A stretch of 64,000 nucleotides of DNA from Vicugna vicugna (taxonomy: Eukaryota), in NCBI GenBank assembly GCA_013265495.1, contig MU058781.1, positions 8,537,009 through 8,601,008 of the forward strand, written 5' to 3'. Positions within the stretch are counted from its first letter, which is position 1; each line of letters begins with the position of its first letter. This document shows, one piece after another, positions 51,603 through 62,320 of the stretch. Both the position numbers and the translations under genes were made by a program. Below the pieces are notes generated by a model. That model had not been told where the DNA came from, did no database searches, and was given only the letters and a program-made list of their open reading frames with translations.

Positions 51603-54069
51603 TAGGCAAATTCCCTCTGATTCATAAGGCAGAGAAGAGGTCAGGACAGCTTTTGCTTTTTGCTCCCACTTTTTAAGTCCATTGTTCTGTCACCATTACT
51701 CAATCAGGCAAACACTCCTCTTTTGAAGTCCTGCCCACCCATTCTACCTCTGTGACACGCTTCCACCAGCCTGATGAGTTTTATGGCTGGTGTACAACAG
51801 TCCTTCTCACCCAGTGCCTACTGTCTGTCATCTTGGGTGATATCAGCATCACTGACCTTACACAAGTTCTTTTCATACACGTGCAATTGTTTGTGGCACA
51901 GTTGTGCTTGCCAAGGTCCCTGGATAGATATCTTACGGTAACATGTCTCATGGTGAAGTGACACTCTTCCTCTGACCTGCTTTTCCCTAGAGCTTCCACT
52001 TAGATTACTGGTGTCATGCTTTGCACTAGGCTTCTGGGTAGAAAGCTCCAGTCTTCCCTCTGTCGTTTCCCATATCTGATCACTTACTGAGGTGTTTTGT
52101 TTTTTGCAGAAACCTCTTTCCTACTTGAGCCTTTGTTTTCTTATAATTAACAGCCTACCTCTGGCCCTTATTACCTAATCTCTGAACTATTGCAATAGCT
52201 TTCTTCAAGGCTAATGTTAGAACCTTGGCTTGCCAGGTCCCAGCCTGGGCCTCTGTTGAATAGTTGGGTGAAGAAGACCCTTAAGGCCAAAGCCAGCTCT
52301 CTGAGGAGCCAGCCCTTCCAGATGAGCCAGTCAGATGATACAGAACCTCCAGATGGAAGGGATCAGGCGTCGGGAAGAAGCTCTGCCCTGTCAGGCCCAG
52401 AGTCGTGTCGGAAAGCCTCTGGAGTCCAGGAAGACCTGATCTTCAGACCACGGGTGCCATTACCTAAATATAGCTACTGTTAACATTTTGGATATTTCCT
52501 TCTAATCTATTTTTTATACATAGTCTTTTTCTCTTTTACTTCTGTAATTATACGTATAAATTGCATAATGTCTTTTAAATGAAAAATGCATTTTTTCCAT
52601 GATACTTTTGTAAGTGCAGTTTTTTTTTATCGGTACACAGTGTTTCATAGAATGAAAGGTTGCTGCTGTCTTTGCTCCTCTTAGAACAAGAAGATCCCCT
52701 GGAATAAATACCAGATTGTGTCTCAGAGCTCGACCCCAGCTTCTGCTGAAAGTAGTATTTCTCTAGGATTGACTCCTGAGTGCTGACAGGAACTAGTCTG
52801 TTTGCCTCCAAGTTTGGTCTTTTTTTTTTTTTTAATAGGCAAATTCCCTCTGATTCATAAGGCAGAGAAGAGGTCAGGACAGCTTTTGCTTTTTGCTCCC
52901 ACTTTTTAAGTCCATTGTTCTGTCACCATTACTCAATCAGGCAAACACTCCTCTTTTGAAGTCCTGCCCACCCATTCTACCTCTGTGACACGCTTCCACC
53001 AGCCTGATGAGTTTTATGGCTGGTGTACAACAGTCCTTCTCACCCAGTGCCTACTGTCTGTCATCTTGGGTGATATCAGCATCACTGACCTTACACAAGT
53101 TCTTTTCATACACGTGCAATTGTTTGTGGCACAGTTGTGCTTGCCAAGGTCCCTGGATAGATATCTTACGGTAACATGTCTCATGGTGAAGTGACACTCT
53201 TCCTCTGACCTGCTTTTCCCTAGAGCTTCCACTTAGATTACTGGTGTCATGCTTTGCACTAGGCTTCTGGGTAGAAAGCTCCAGTCTTCCCTCTGTCGTT
53301 TCCCATATCTGATCACTTACTGAGGTGTTTTGTTTTTTGCAGAAACCTCTTTCCTACTTGAGCCTTTGTTTTCTTATAATTAACAGCCTACCTCTGGCCC
53401 TTATTACCTAATCTCTGAACTATTGCAATAGCTTTCTTCAAGGCTAATGTTAGAACCTTGGCTTGCCAGGTCCCAGCCTGGGCCTCTGTTGAATAGTTGG
53501 GTGAAGAAGACCCTTAAGGCCAAAGCCAGCTCTCTGAGGAGCCAGCCCTTCCAGATGAGCCAGTCAGATGATACAGAACCTCCAGATGGAAGGGATCAGG
53601 CGTCGGGAAGAAGCTCTGCCCTGTCAGGCCCAGAGTCGTGTCGGAAAGCCTCTGGAGTCCAGGAAGACCTGATCTTCAGACCACGGGTGCCATTACCTAA
53701 ATATAGCTACTGTTAACATTTTGGATATTTCCTTCTAATCTATTTTTTATACATAGTCTTTTTCTCTTTTACTTCTGTAATTATACGTATAAATTGCATA
53801 ATGTCTTTTAAATGAAAAATGCATTTTTTCCATGATACTTTTGTAAGTGCAGTTTTTTTTTTATCGGTACACAGTGTTTCATAGAATGAAAGGTTGCTGC
53901 TGTCTTTGCTCCTCTTAGAACAAGAAGATCCCCTGGAATAAATACCAGATTGTGTCTCAGAGCTCGACCCCAGCTTCTGCTGAAAGTAGTATTTCTCTAG
54001 GATTGACTCCTGAGTGCTGACAGGAACTAGTCTGTTTGCCTCCAAGTTTGGTCTTTTTTTTTTTTTTAA
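51603..54069 (+). repeat. Direct tandem duplication, 1,233 + 1,234 bp (copy 1 51603-52835; copy 2 52836-54069)
   Basis: Both copies begin TAGGCAAATTCCCTCTGATTC and end GGTC(T)14AA; three ORF-track entries recur identically at +1233; the only difference seen is T9 vs T10 (~52620 vs ~53853). Confidence 0.97.
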
Positions 54070-54074
54070 TTTTT
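54056..54074 (-). mobile_element. Poly(A)-only retro-insertion with 13-bp TSD
   Basis: CAAGTTTGGTCTT (54043-54055), T12-AA-T5, CAAGTTTGGTCTT (54075-54087). Confidence 0.65.
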
Positions 54075-54149
54075 CAAGTTTGGTCTTGATGTGTGCTCAT
54101 TAATATGCCTTCTGCTGCCCTGATCCTTGCTTATTTGTTCATTCATGCA

Positions 54150-54560
54150 TTTCCTCTCCCCTCTCCTCCCAGTTTTCCTCTTTCTACCCTCTTCCCTCTC
54201 TCCCTTCCCTCTCTCTCTCCCTTCTTTCCTTTCTTCCTTCCTTCCATCCATCCATCCAGCCATCCCTCCACAGTAACAGCATATTCTCTTCTAAACCCTG
54301 AGCTTGGCTCTGGGGATTCAAAAATGAATAGTCCATTGAGGGACTCATCCTAAGAGGGAGACACATTTATGAATCTTTTCCAGGATGTGCCACAAGCCCA
54401 TCTGTGTGCACACGGGAAGCAGTGCCTTAACTCTTTCTGAGGAGCGTAGACAAGGCTTCCTAGGGGTGGCGCCGTGTAACCCAGCTGGGAAGGGTGAGAA
54501 GGCGTTTGCTAGGGCAGATGGTGGGGGAGATATTTAGGCAGAGGTTACAGAAATGAGATC
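54150..54560 (-). mobile_element. CT-rich/(CCAT)n low-complexity tract grading into an antisense L2 3' end
   Basis: TTCATTCATGCAT...CATCCATCCATCC...GGCTCTGGGGATTCAAAAATGAATAG...AAGGCTTCCTAGGGGTGG. Confidence 0.5.
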
Positions 54561-54619
54561 AGTGGTGACGCTGTGGCTCAAGCTTGTCTGTAGTTTCTTT
54601 GTTGTTACTGCTGTTTTGT

Positions 54620-55570
54620 TTTTTAAACAGTTTTATTGAGATAGTAATGTTCATATACCATTTGAAGTATTAATTCATTCTCAAACCATACACCATTTAA
54701 AGTGTAAACTGAATACCCTTTAGTATATTCAGAGTTGTGCCTTCATCACTACAGTCATTGCCCCAGATAGAAACCCCACATCCTTTAGTTGTCACCCCTC
54801 AGTCCTCCCAGCTTTTCCAGCCCTTGGCAATCACCAGTCTGCTTTCTGTCTCTTCTGACATTTCATTTAAGTGGAATCATATAACGTGTTCCCTTGTGAC
54901 TAACTTCTCTCACTTAGCATGTTTTCAGGGTCCATCCATGTTACAGCATGTATCAGCACATCATTTCTTTTTATTGCCTAATAATATTCCATTTTATAGT
55001 TACACCACATTTTATTTCTGCATTTAGCACCTGCTGGATATGTGGGTTTTCCCCACTGTTTGGCTATTAACAGTAATGCTGCTGTGGACATCAATGTACA
55101 AGTTGTTGTGTGGACATAGATATTATGCACCCAGGAAATAAATTTCTGGATCTCTGCTGCATGTTAACTCTATGCTGAACAATTTGAGGAACTGCCAAAC
55201 TGTTTTCAAATGAGCTATACTAGTTTACATTCTGATCAGCAGTACGTGATGGTTCCAGTTTCTCCACATCCCAGCCAACACTTTTTTATTATTTTATTTT
55301 ATTTGTTTAATCATAGCCATCCTAATGGATGTGAAGCGGTGTCTCACTGTGGTGTGATGTGCATTTTCTTTTTTTTTTTTTTAACATTTTTTATTGATTT
55401 ATAATCATTTTACAATGTTGTGTCAATGATGTGCATTTTCTTGATGGCTGTTGATGTTGAGCATCTTTTCATATGATTATGAGTTATCTGTGTGTCTTTG
55501 GAGAAATGTCTCGTCAGTTCTCGTGCCCATTTTTAATCAGATTATTTGTCTTTGTAATTGTTTTTATATA
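54620..55570 (-). mobile_element. L1MA/MB-like 3' UTR
   Basis: ACAGTTTTATTGAGATA...TTTAGTATATTCAGAGTTGTGC...TTTGAGGAACTGCCAAACTGTTTTC...GATGTTGAGCATCTTTTCATATG. Confidence 0.85.
55371..55426 (-). mobile_element. Young, extremely 5'-truncated L1 (3' terminal ~44 bp + polyA) with perfect 16-bp TSD
   Basis: TGATGTGCATTTTCTT at 55355-55370 and 55427-55442; insert is the reverse complement of TTGACACAACATTGTAAAATGATTATAAATCAATAAAAAATGTTAAAA. Confidence 0.9.
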
Positions 55571-56706
55571 GTCACTAGTGTTTTGAAGCAAATTTAAGAC
55601 TAGAATACATTATTTTTGACTTGAACTAGAAAATGACTCAATTAAAAATTTCAATCAGATTTAAATCTGAAAAGTAGATTTGGAGTTGGGGGATGTCAAT
55701 ATTAATTTTAAAAGGTGGTAACATTAATACATTCCACAAATCAAATTCTAGTTAAAATAATGTTACTTGTCTTATTAAGCTAATTCTCCCTGTTTATGTG
55801 CAGGTCTGTCAGATAATTAAATACTCATTTCTCTCCCCAGGGAGTCCCCGGTTACTGTGACAAATGAGTAAGGTTTTCTGTAGTTCTTCTTTCCCAAATA
55901 ATCCTTTAAGACAATAGTTTTCCATCTGTTTGTCTCTTATCCTTTGTCTCAAGTTGGTAAAACATATTTGTAATTTTAGAAAGTTTGATAACTATTATTT
56001 GGGGATATTATTTATGAATAACTGTCAGTCAGTTGAACTACAATTATTGGATGCCTACTTAGGTCTACAGTTGGCTCATTTTATTTCTCTCCTGGGGCCG
56101 TATTTTAAATATCAGACATTCATATGGCATGAGCATTGACAAGTCAGAATGGACGCTGACTTTAAAGTACTTCACTCACATTCACTTTCATTACTTCAGT
56201 AGATCTTTGATGTTGTTCTTCTTTGTACTTTGAAGTCTAGTGAACCTGTGACTAGTCCATAGCTTTATTTTTGATCTGAATCTTTCCTCTCTTGGCAGTG
56301 TCCTATGGGCATTTTTCTTTTGATTACCATATGGGTAATTGTTTTGACCCAGGAAGTTTGCTGGGTCAAAAATCCAGAGGTAGCTCTTGTATTAGAGGTA
56401 ATATTCAGCAGATAATCTAAACTTCCTTTCAAGGAGGTACTTCTATACTCTAGAGTTGGTCATGGAAATGTACCATTCCATGCAGATGAATTGAGTTATC
56501 GATTTGTGCTAAACAATTGAGGATTGTATATAGTCTGAATGGAAACCAGATGTTTTGCAAATTTGCTAGCGAGTGGTTTCTGTAGGTTGTTATGATTTGC
56601 TCTTTGGCTAAAGAGAACTCTTTTCAGTATAGCACTTTTAAAATATTTGAATCAGGAAGGAAATTTTCTGTGGAATATATGAATTTAAAGATGCAATTGG
56701 TCTAGT

Positions 56707-57871
56707 CAGCTGCTCTGAAAAGCCATCTTTTCATTGTCCCTGAGACTGGCTCCCTGCTCACTGCAGCCGCATGGTTTGTGTCTCCTCTGCAGACATGGGC
56801 TCGGGCAGCTTTATTGCCGGTCTCCAAACTGGGGCTTTCTTTTCAGTCTGCTGCATTGAATCACTGGTGTGTCCCACTGTGTCAGACACAGCTGTGGACA
56901 CCAGCTCTGAGATCACCACCAAGGACTTAAAGGAGAAGAAGGAAGTTGTGGAGGAGATGGAGAGTGGAAGGGGTGGACCTCCTAATGGAGAAATAATGAG
57001 GAAAATGGGGAGCAGGAGGCTGCCAGTGAGGTAGAAGGTGGGGAGGAAGTGGAGGAGGAGGAAAAGGATAAAGATAAAGATGAAGACGAGCAGGCTGAGG
57101 CAGCTTTGGGCAGATGAGCAGCCAAAGATGGCGGGGACAACCATGTTGACACCAAGATGCAGAAGACTGATGAGGATAACTAGAAAGCAAAAAAGAACAA
57201 GGCAAACTTACAAAAAGGAAAAGAAGATAAAAAAGATGCCCTGATCCATTCACTCCTCACTTTCCATCTCGGACTCTCAACGTAGTTACCTTGGAGTAGA
57301 GAGGCCCCCCTGGCTGCCCCCTGTGGGTGGCACCACCCACCACCCAACCGAAACCACAGTGTGAATTTGCAACAGGAGAAGAAAAGAAAAAAAAACCCCG
57401 AAAGCTTTCAAGGCCCTGCTTCTTTTCTTAAAAGTGCTTTAAAAAGAAAAATTTATTTGAATTTTTAGCTTGCATTTTACATTTTTTGAACGTACTGTTA
57501 GGGGTCAGACATTTTTAATGATCTTGGATGACCAGAGCAGCCTTTGGATTGTTCTCTGCCCTACTTCCGACTTTACTTGTGGTGTGACCATGTTCATTAT
57601 AATCTCAAAGTGGGGAAAAAAACCTCAGGAGAAAAACACAAGAACAAAAACAATCTTATTCCCAATATGCCAGTAATTTTTTTTGTTTATATACTTAGCT
57701 GCACTATATGAGTTTTATGAGGTGGCTAAAAAAGCCAAAGTGAAAGGTTTATTTTTTTCCCCTTTTTCTGTCTATGAAGTTTCTGTTTGTTTATTTGGCT
57801 TGTTTGAATGTGTGAAACAAATGTCCAACAATACACTGGAATTTTATTTTGCTAAGTTGTTCTAAAAAAAA
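56707..57871 (+). pseudogene. PTMA: Processed pseudogene of prothymosin alpha (5' UTR, CDS remnant 56879-57183, 3' UTR, A-tail)
   Basis: Translation (V)SDTAVDTSSEITTKDLKEKKEVVEE...NEENGEQEA...QKTDEDN*; 5' UTR GCTGCTCTGAAAAGCCATCTTT; 3' end GGAATTTTATTTTGCTAAGTTGTTCT(A)8; intronless; ATG->GTG, frameshift near 56990, shortened acidic tract. Confidence 0.95.
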
Positions 57872-58311
57872 TTGTATTGTTTTAACAACTGTTTTTTAAT
57901 TTATAGTAAATTCTTAATAATGACTTATTCTCTCCTTTACCAAAATATAGTTGCAAATAGCTGTCAATAGTATATGTCTTATCAGCTGGTTTTCAGTTAT
58001 CCACATTTGTAGATTATCCGTGATAATCCAGTTAAAACGACTCCTACTTACCTTTGGCTAAATGATAGTTTTCATAGTTGCCTTCATGGCAGCCATCAGG
58101 AGGCAGGAGACTGTGTAATGATCTTGGTGGGGGGCTGTGGAGAGAAGTAGCAGACATACATTTGTTTGAAGGTGGACTCTTGAGAGTTTTTGGATTTGCT
58201 GTGGGAGATGGTGAGGTACAAGGAATGATTAATGATGACTTCCAGGTTTCTGGTTTCAGCATTGGAGTAAATATATCATTTATAGTGATGGGAAGGTCTG
58301 CAAGAGGTAAG

Positions 58312-58848
58312 GTTGAGTCATTTGCCTGTTGACTCTCAAAAGTCCATTCCCTCGCTTCCTCTGTGCTGCATGGAACTGCACTCCACAGCCTCCTTGCCTT
58401 TTGGCTTTTGTGGGTAGAAGTGGCCAATAGGAGGCACTGATGGAAGCCTGGAGGGAGGACTTAGTGAGAAGGTAGAGAGGTTTCCTCCCTCTCTTCTCTC
58501 TGGGCCGTGTCCCAGGAAGTGGCACTTTCATTCCTGTGGCTTCAGTCCTGTGAGACAGCTCTGCCCCTTGTTGCAGTCCTGGTCTCCAGGGCGCAGCTCC
58601 TGCTGTGGCTCTTGCCCTGGCCCAGTGATCGCAGCTTCGGGGTTCTCATAATCCCACCTCCTCCAGTGGGTCTCTCGGCCCTCAGGCTGGTAGAGCTTTC
58701 CTGCTGTTACTCATCTCCTGGCTGCTTCACCATCCCACTTCGGTGTCTTGACTTTTCTGTTGCTCATGTAACCACACTTCTGTATTAATTTTTATCTTAA
58801 CACCAAGAGTGGTTTCTGTTTTTTCTTAACTAGAATCTGATGAGTACA
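58312..58848 (+). mobile_element. ERVL solo LTR (LTR16/LTR33-like)
   Basis: GGCCAATAGGAGGCACTGATGGAAGCCTGGAGGG...; terminus AGAGTGGTTTCTGTTTTTTCTTAACTAGAATCTGATGAGTACA. Confidence 0.55.
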
Positions 58849-59188
58849 AGGGTGAAAATTTGAGAGTTCAGTTGTAGAAATGGTTGGTGTCAAGGTTAAT
58901 AGTTCTTCGGTATGTTGCAGTGGAGATGTTACTGGATGAATTGGGTAGTGAGCTCAGGTGGGTGTTGGAACTGGGAGTGTAAACTTGGGTGTCAATTGTC
59001 AGTGTACTGGTGGTGTATAAAACCATGAGAGGAGTGGTTGGAATCATCTGGTGGCCAAGGAGAAGGGAACCAAAACTGAGGTCCTAAGGAACTCTAATTC
59101 ATGGAGGGCAGACGGATGGATAAAGTGGAGAGGCCAGGGCGATAGGAGGGAAACAGACTGATGCTAGCGACACCATAAAGAAAGGAAT

Positions 59189-59280
59189 TTTAATGTATAA
59201 CTGAAAAATTGTGCTGAACACTGGAATTTGACACAACATTGTAAAATGATTACAAATCAATAAAAAATGTTAAAAAAAGG
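59189..59280 (+). mobile_element. Young 5'-truncated L1 3' terminus (~90 bp)
   Basis: AATGTATAACTGAAAAATTGTGCTGAACACTGGAATTTGACACAACATTGTAAAATGATTACAAATCAATAAAAAATGTTAAAAAAA; flanked by GAAAGGAAT (59180-59188, 59281-59289); near-identical to the 55371 insert. Confidence 0.85.
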
Positions 59281-59519
59281 GAAAGGAATGTTTGATTACA
59301 TCATGCTGTTTCATCAATTCCCTTGATGAAAGCGGTTACAGGAAAATGGTGAGTGGCTGAAGGTCTTCATCAGAATGAAACAGTGGAAGAGTGAATGGGA
59401 GGTGACAGAGTACAGCTGGCACAGAGGGACAGTTTGTTTCGAGATGTTTGAGTATGAGAGGGAGCAAAGAAATGGCAAGATTGTTGAATTAAGACAAGCT
59501 ATATTTTTTACAATTGCTT

Positions 59520-60320
59520 TTTTACTTTGAAAATATGTGATTTTTGAATTGGTTCAAAAATAAAAAATAAGTTATACAGGGAAAAATCTTCCTCTTTTCT
59601 CCCATCAGTCCTGTTCCACTGCCTCCTCCCAGTCCCAGCCTTTGCTGTTCATTGCTGGCACACACACCCCCACTTTTTTTTAATGCAAGTACAAGCAAAT
59701 GTGAATGTGTCTTCTAGAGTTCCAATGGTAGCATAGTGTATGTGCTTTTTAGTGTCTTACTCTTTTCTCTGAACCGTATGTCCTAGAGATCTTTTTATAT
59801 TAGGACTTAGAGGTTATTCTTTTTGTTTTTCTTTTGTAGGCAGCTTTAAACAAGTCTCAGTTCAGAATATACTTAAATGTCTTTAGCCAGTCACCTTTTG
59901 CTGTTACAAATAATGCTGCAATGAATGCCTTTGCACCTGTGCAAGTATGTTTATTGTAGGCTAAATTCTTAGAACTTCTCTGTCACAGGATGCATACTTG
60001 CCATTTCAGAAGATACTGTCAAATTGCCTCCATCCGTGGCGGTCTAGTTTGTATTCCCATCAGCAACGCATGAGAGTGCCTGTTTCCTCAGTTACGCCAG
60101 CTCAGTGTGTTATCAAACTTTTGGGTTTTTGACAATATAGGAAGTGAAGAAAAATGGCACAGGTTTTTTTTTTTTTTTTTAAGTGCAGTTGTACTTTTCA
60201 TTTATTAAGAACGGGGTTAAACATCTTTTTGTGTGTTCGAGAGCTGTATGTGCTTCTTTTTTTAGAAACTCTCAGTTCATATTCTTTGTCCCCCCTTTTT
60301 TTTCAAACTTGATTTTGGTC
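59520..60320 (-). mobile_element. Old L1ME 3' fragment
   Basis: TTTTGCTGTTACAAATAATGCTGCAATGAA...AGATACTGTCAAATTGCC...TTCCCATCAGCAACGCATGAGAGTGCCTGTTTCC. Confidence 0.75.
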
Positions 60321-61597
60321 TTCTCAACTTTTGAGTTTTACCCTTCAGGCCTGAGAGCCTAAAAGTTCAGTGTGGCAGGAACACAGCATCCAGAAGGGCT
60401 TTGGATAGAGGGGTGGTGAATCATGAAATGCCCTATACAGTCTCTTTGGTGTGTATATTGCTTCTGAGTTTATAAACTTATTTTACATGTAGAAATAGGT
60501 AATCTTTCAGGGATTTTTTTAGATGCAGTTCCCTCTGAAGTAGTTAATGGAGGATCAACAGAACAGTTTAATTTGGAAAGAGGATGAGAGGATATTGGCA
60601 ATATTCTGTTCTACGTAGTAAGTGAAAGATGTCTGTCTAATGCTCTGATTTTGATCATGACCAGGTCTATGTAGCTATGTAATTAATTTTCATTAGTTAT
60701 TGTTAGAGTTTTGCCAGCTACGATTTCTCACTTAGAAGAAAAAAAAATGTTCTTTTCCCTTGATACAGTAAACAGAGTTCAAGCTGACCCTGGGTTTCCT
60801 CATCTTATTTCTGTGAAGTGATCAGCAGGACTGTTGTAAAAGAGCAAACCGGTTACGTGGGCAGCCTCGAAGGCGAAGTGCTCCCCCAGCGGCTTCTGTG
60901 CTGGCCTCACTCAGAAACATGCCCAGCGCCACCAGCACCAGGCAGTGGAGGGGCGCTTCTCTGTGGGCTTCAGACTGGGAGTGTGCGTGCTCTGTGCCAG
61001 TCTCTCTCTCTCTCTCATTTCCCCTCCTCCTCTTTCCTGCTCCCTCTTTTCCTCCCTGTCTTCTCCCCAGCCTCCCACTGCTCCAACCCTGGCTGGTTAA
61101 AGGAGAGTACTTTTCCGTGGGTCACCTTCATTGTTTTTATAAAGCAGATTTTGAAAACACGGTGTCTCCACACCGTGCAATTGCACAGTCCCTATAAAGA
61201 ACAGTACGTGAAGTGTGGAAGGAAGAAATCAACCCCGGGACCAGAATTTTTATTTTGTCTTACTGGTTTTAAGATGGTATTTTCAGTGTGCTCCACAAAG
61301 GTGCTTTAAAGTGTTCTTATTAAAGCATACTCTTTTCTCTGAGTTTTTAGTAGAAATCCAATGATTTGTATTACACAGATAAACTCCCTGGGTTATGATT
61401 AAGTGTAATGGACATTTAAACATTTGGACTTGACTTGTCTTCCAGAGTTCTGTGGTGAAGAAATTCCCCCAAAATGTTGTTGGGTCCAAAACAATCAGAC
61501 TTTCCCCCCCTCTTTGTTATATTCTTAGTGAATTCTTATTTGTGTCACTGGCTTAACTGCCCTACTTAAATCTACGAATTGAAGTAATTCCAGGCTT

Positions 61598-61638
61598 TTC
61601 TTACTGTTGTAGGCCGTTCTTACTGTTGTAGGCCGTTC
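61598..61638. repeat. Perfect 19-bp tandem duplication (TTCTTACTGTTGTAGGCCG)x2
   Basis: Direct reading. Confidence 0.9.
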
Positions 61639-62079
61639 CTTTAGTTGACTTGCAAATGGAACGGTTTTGTGTAAGAGAAATGTTTTACTCTGAGCAGTGT
61701 TGATGTGAAGCACGCTCCTCTCTTCTATAATGCCACCATTATGCAGAAAGCTGCAGGCTGAAGGGAAGATGGGTGGCTTTGACAATCAGCCTGCTTGGGA
61801 GTGATGATTCTGCACTCAGGATTAATTCTTTCTTTACTTGCGTGTCTCTCACCGATTACAGAAGGCCAAGAGCTGACATATTCAAGATCTTGGAGATTTT
61901 GGAAATAGGCAAACAGCTCCTTTTGAAGCCTGGCTATTTGTCTTCTTAGAAATAGTACCATGAGGCAACCTTAAGGCCATGCAATACTACTTTATTTTGT
62001 TTTCAGATATTGTCTGCATTATTTTTGATCAAGAGGCAAAGAGCCACTAATGAGGCATTCTAATTTCCTTAAATTTACA

Positions 62080-62320
62080 GTCTCTGGAGTCAGTTTGTCT
62101 GGATTTCTAATCCTGACCCACCCTATTACTGTGTGATTTTAGGCAAGTTACTTTTCCTGTCTAAGTCTTAGATTCCCCCTCTGTAAAACTGAAGTAAAAG
62201 TTGAACCTGCCTCCGATTGGGAGGATTAAATGGGAGGGGGTTGTGGAGAAAGAACATGCATGCTTGGCTTATTGCTGCATGCATAATATGTACTCAATAA
62301 TGTTAGCTATTGCCATTATT
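62080..62320 (+). mobile_element. MIR SINE
   Basis: CTCTGGAGTCAG...TGTGTGATTTTAGGCAAGTTACTT...CTGTAAAA...GAGGATTAAATG. Confidence 0.7.

Larger units (their letters stand above)
58090..59480 (-). mobile_element. L2 fragment interrupted by an ERVL LTR and a short L1
   Basis: AATGATGACTTCCAGGTTTCTGG...GAGAGTTCAGTTGTAGA...GTGGAGATGT typical of antisense L2. Confidence 0.65.

Noticed and set aside
51752..54045. Duplicated ORFs as tandem paralogous genes
   Set aside because: Short, mostly non-ATG starts, no recognisable homology; they recur only because the DNA is duplicated
55655..55670. 16-bp perfect palindrome TCAGATTTAAATCTGA
   Set aside because: About one is expected by chance in 64 kb (64000/4^8), more in AT-rich DNA
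56758..57253. Overlapping ORFs on both strands in the PTMA region
   Set aside because: By-products of the frameshifted, purine-rich pseudogene; no intact PTMA reading frame
61801..61877. C/D box snoRNA candidate (GTGATGA...CTGA, ~77 nt)
   Set aside because: No terminal stem in k-turn register, no clear C'/D' boxes and no recognisable rRNA guide; box motifs are frequent by chance
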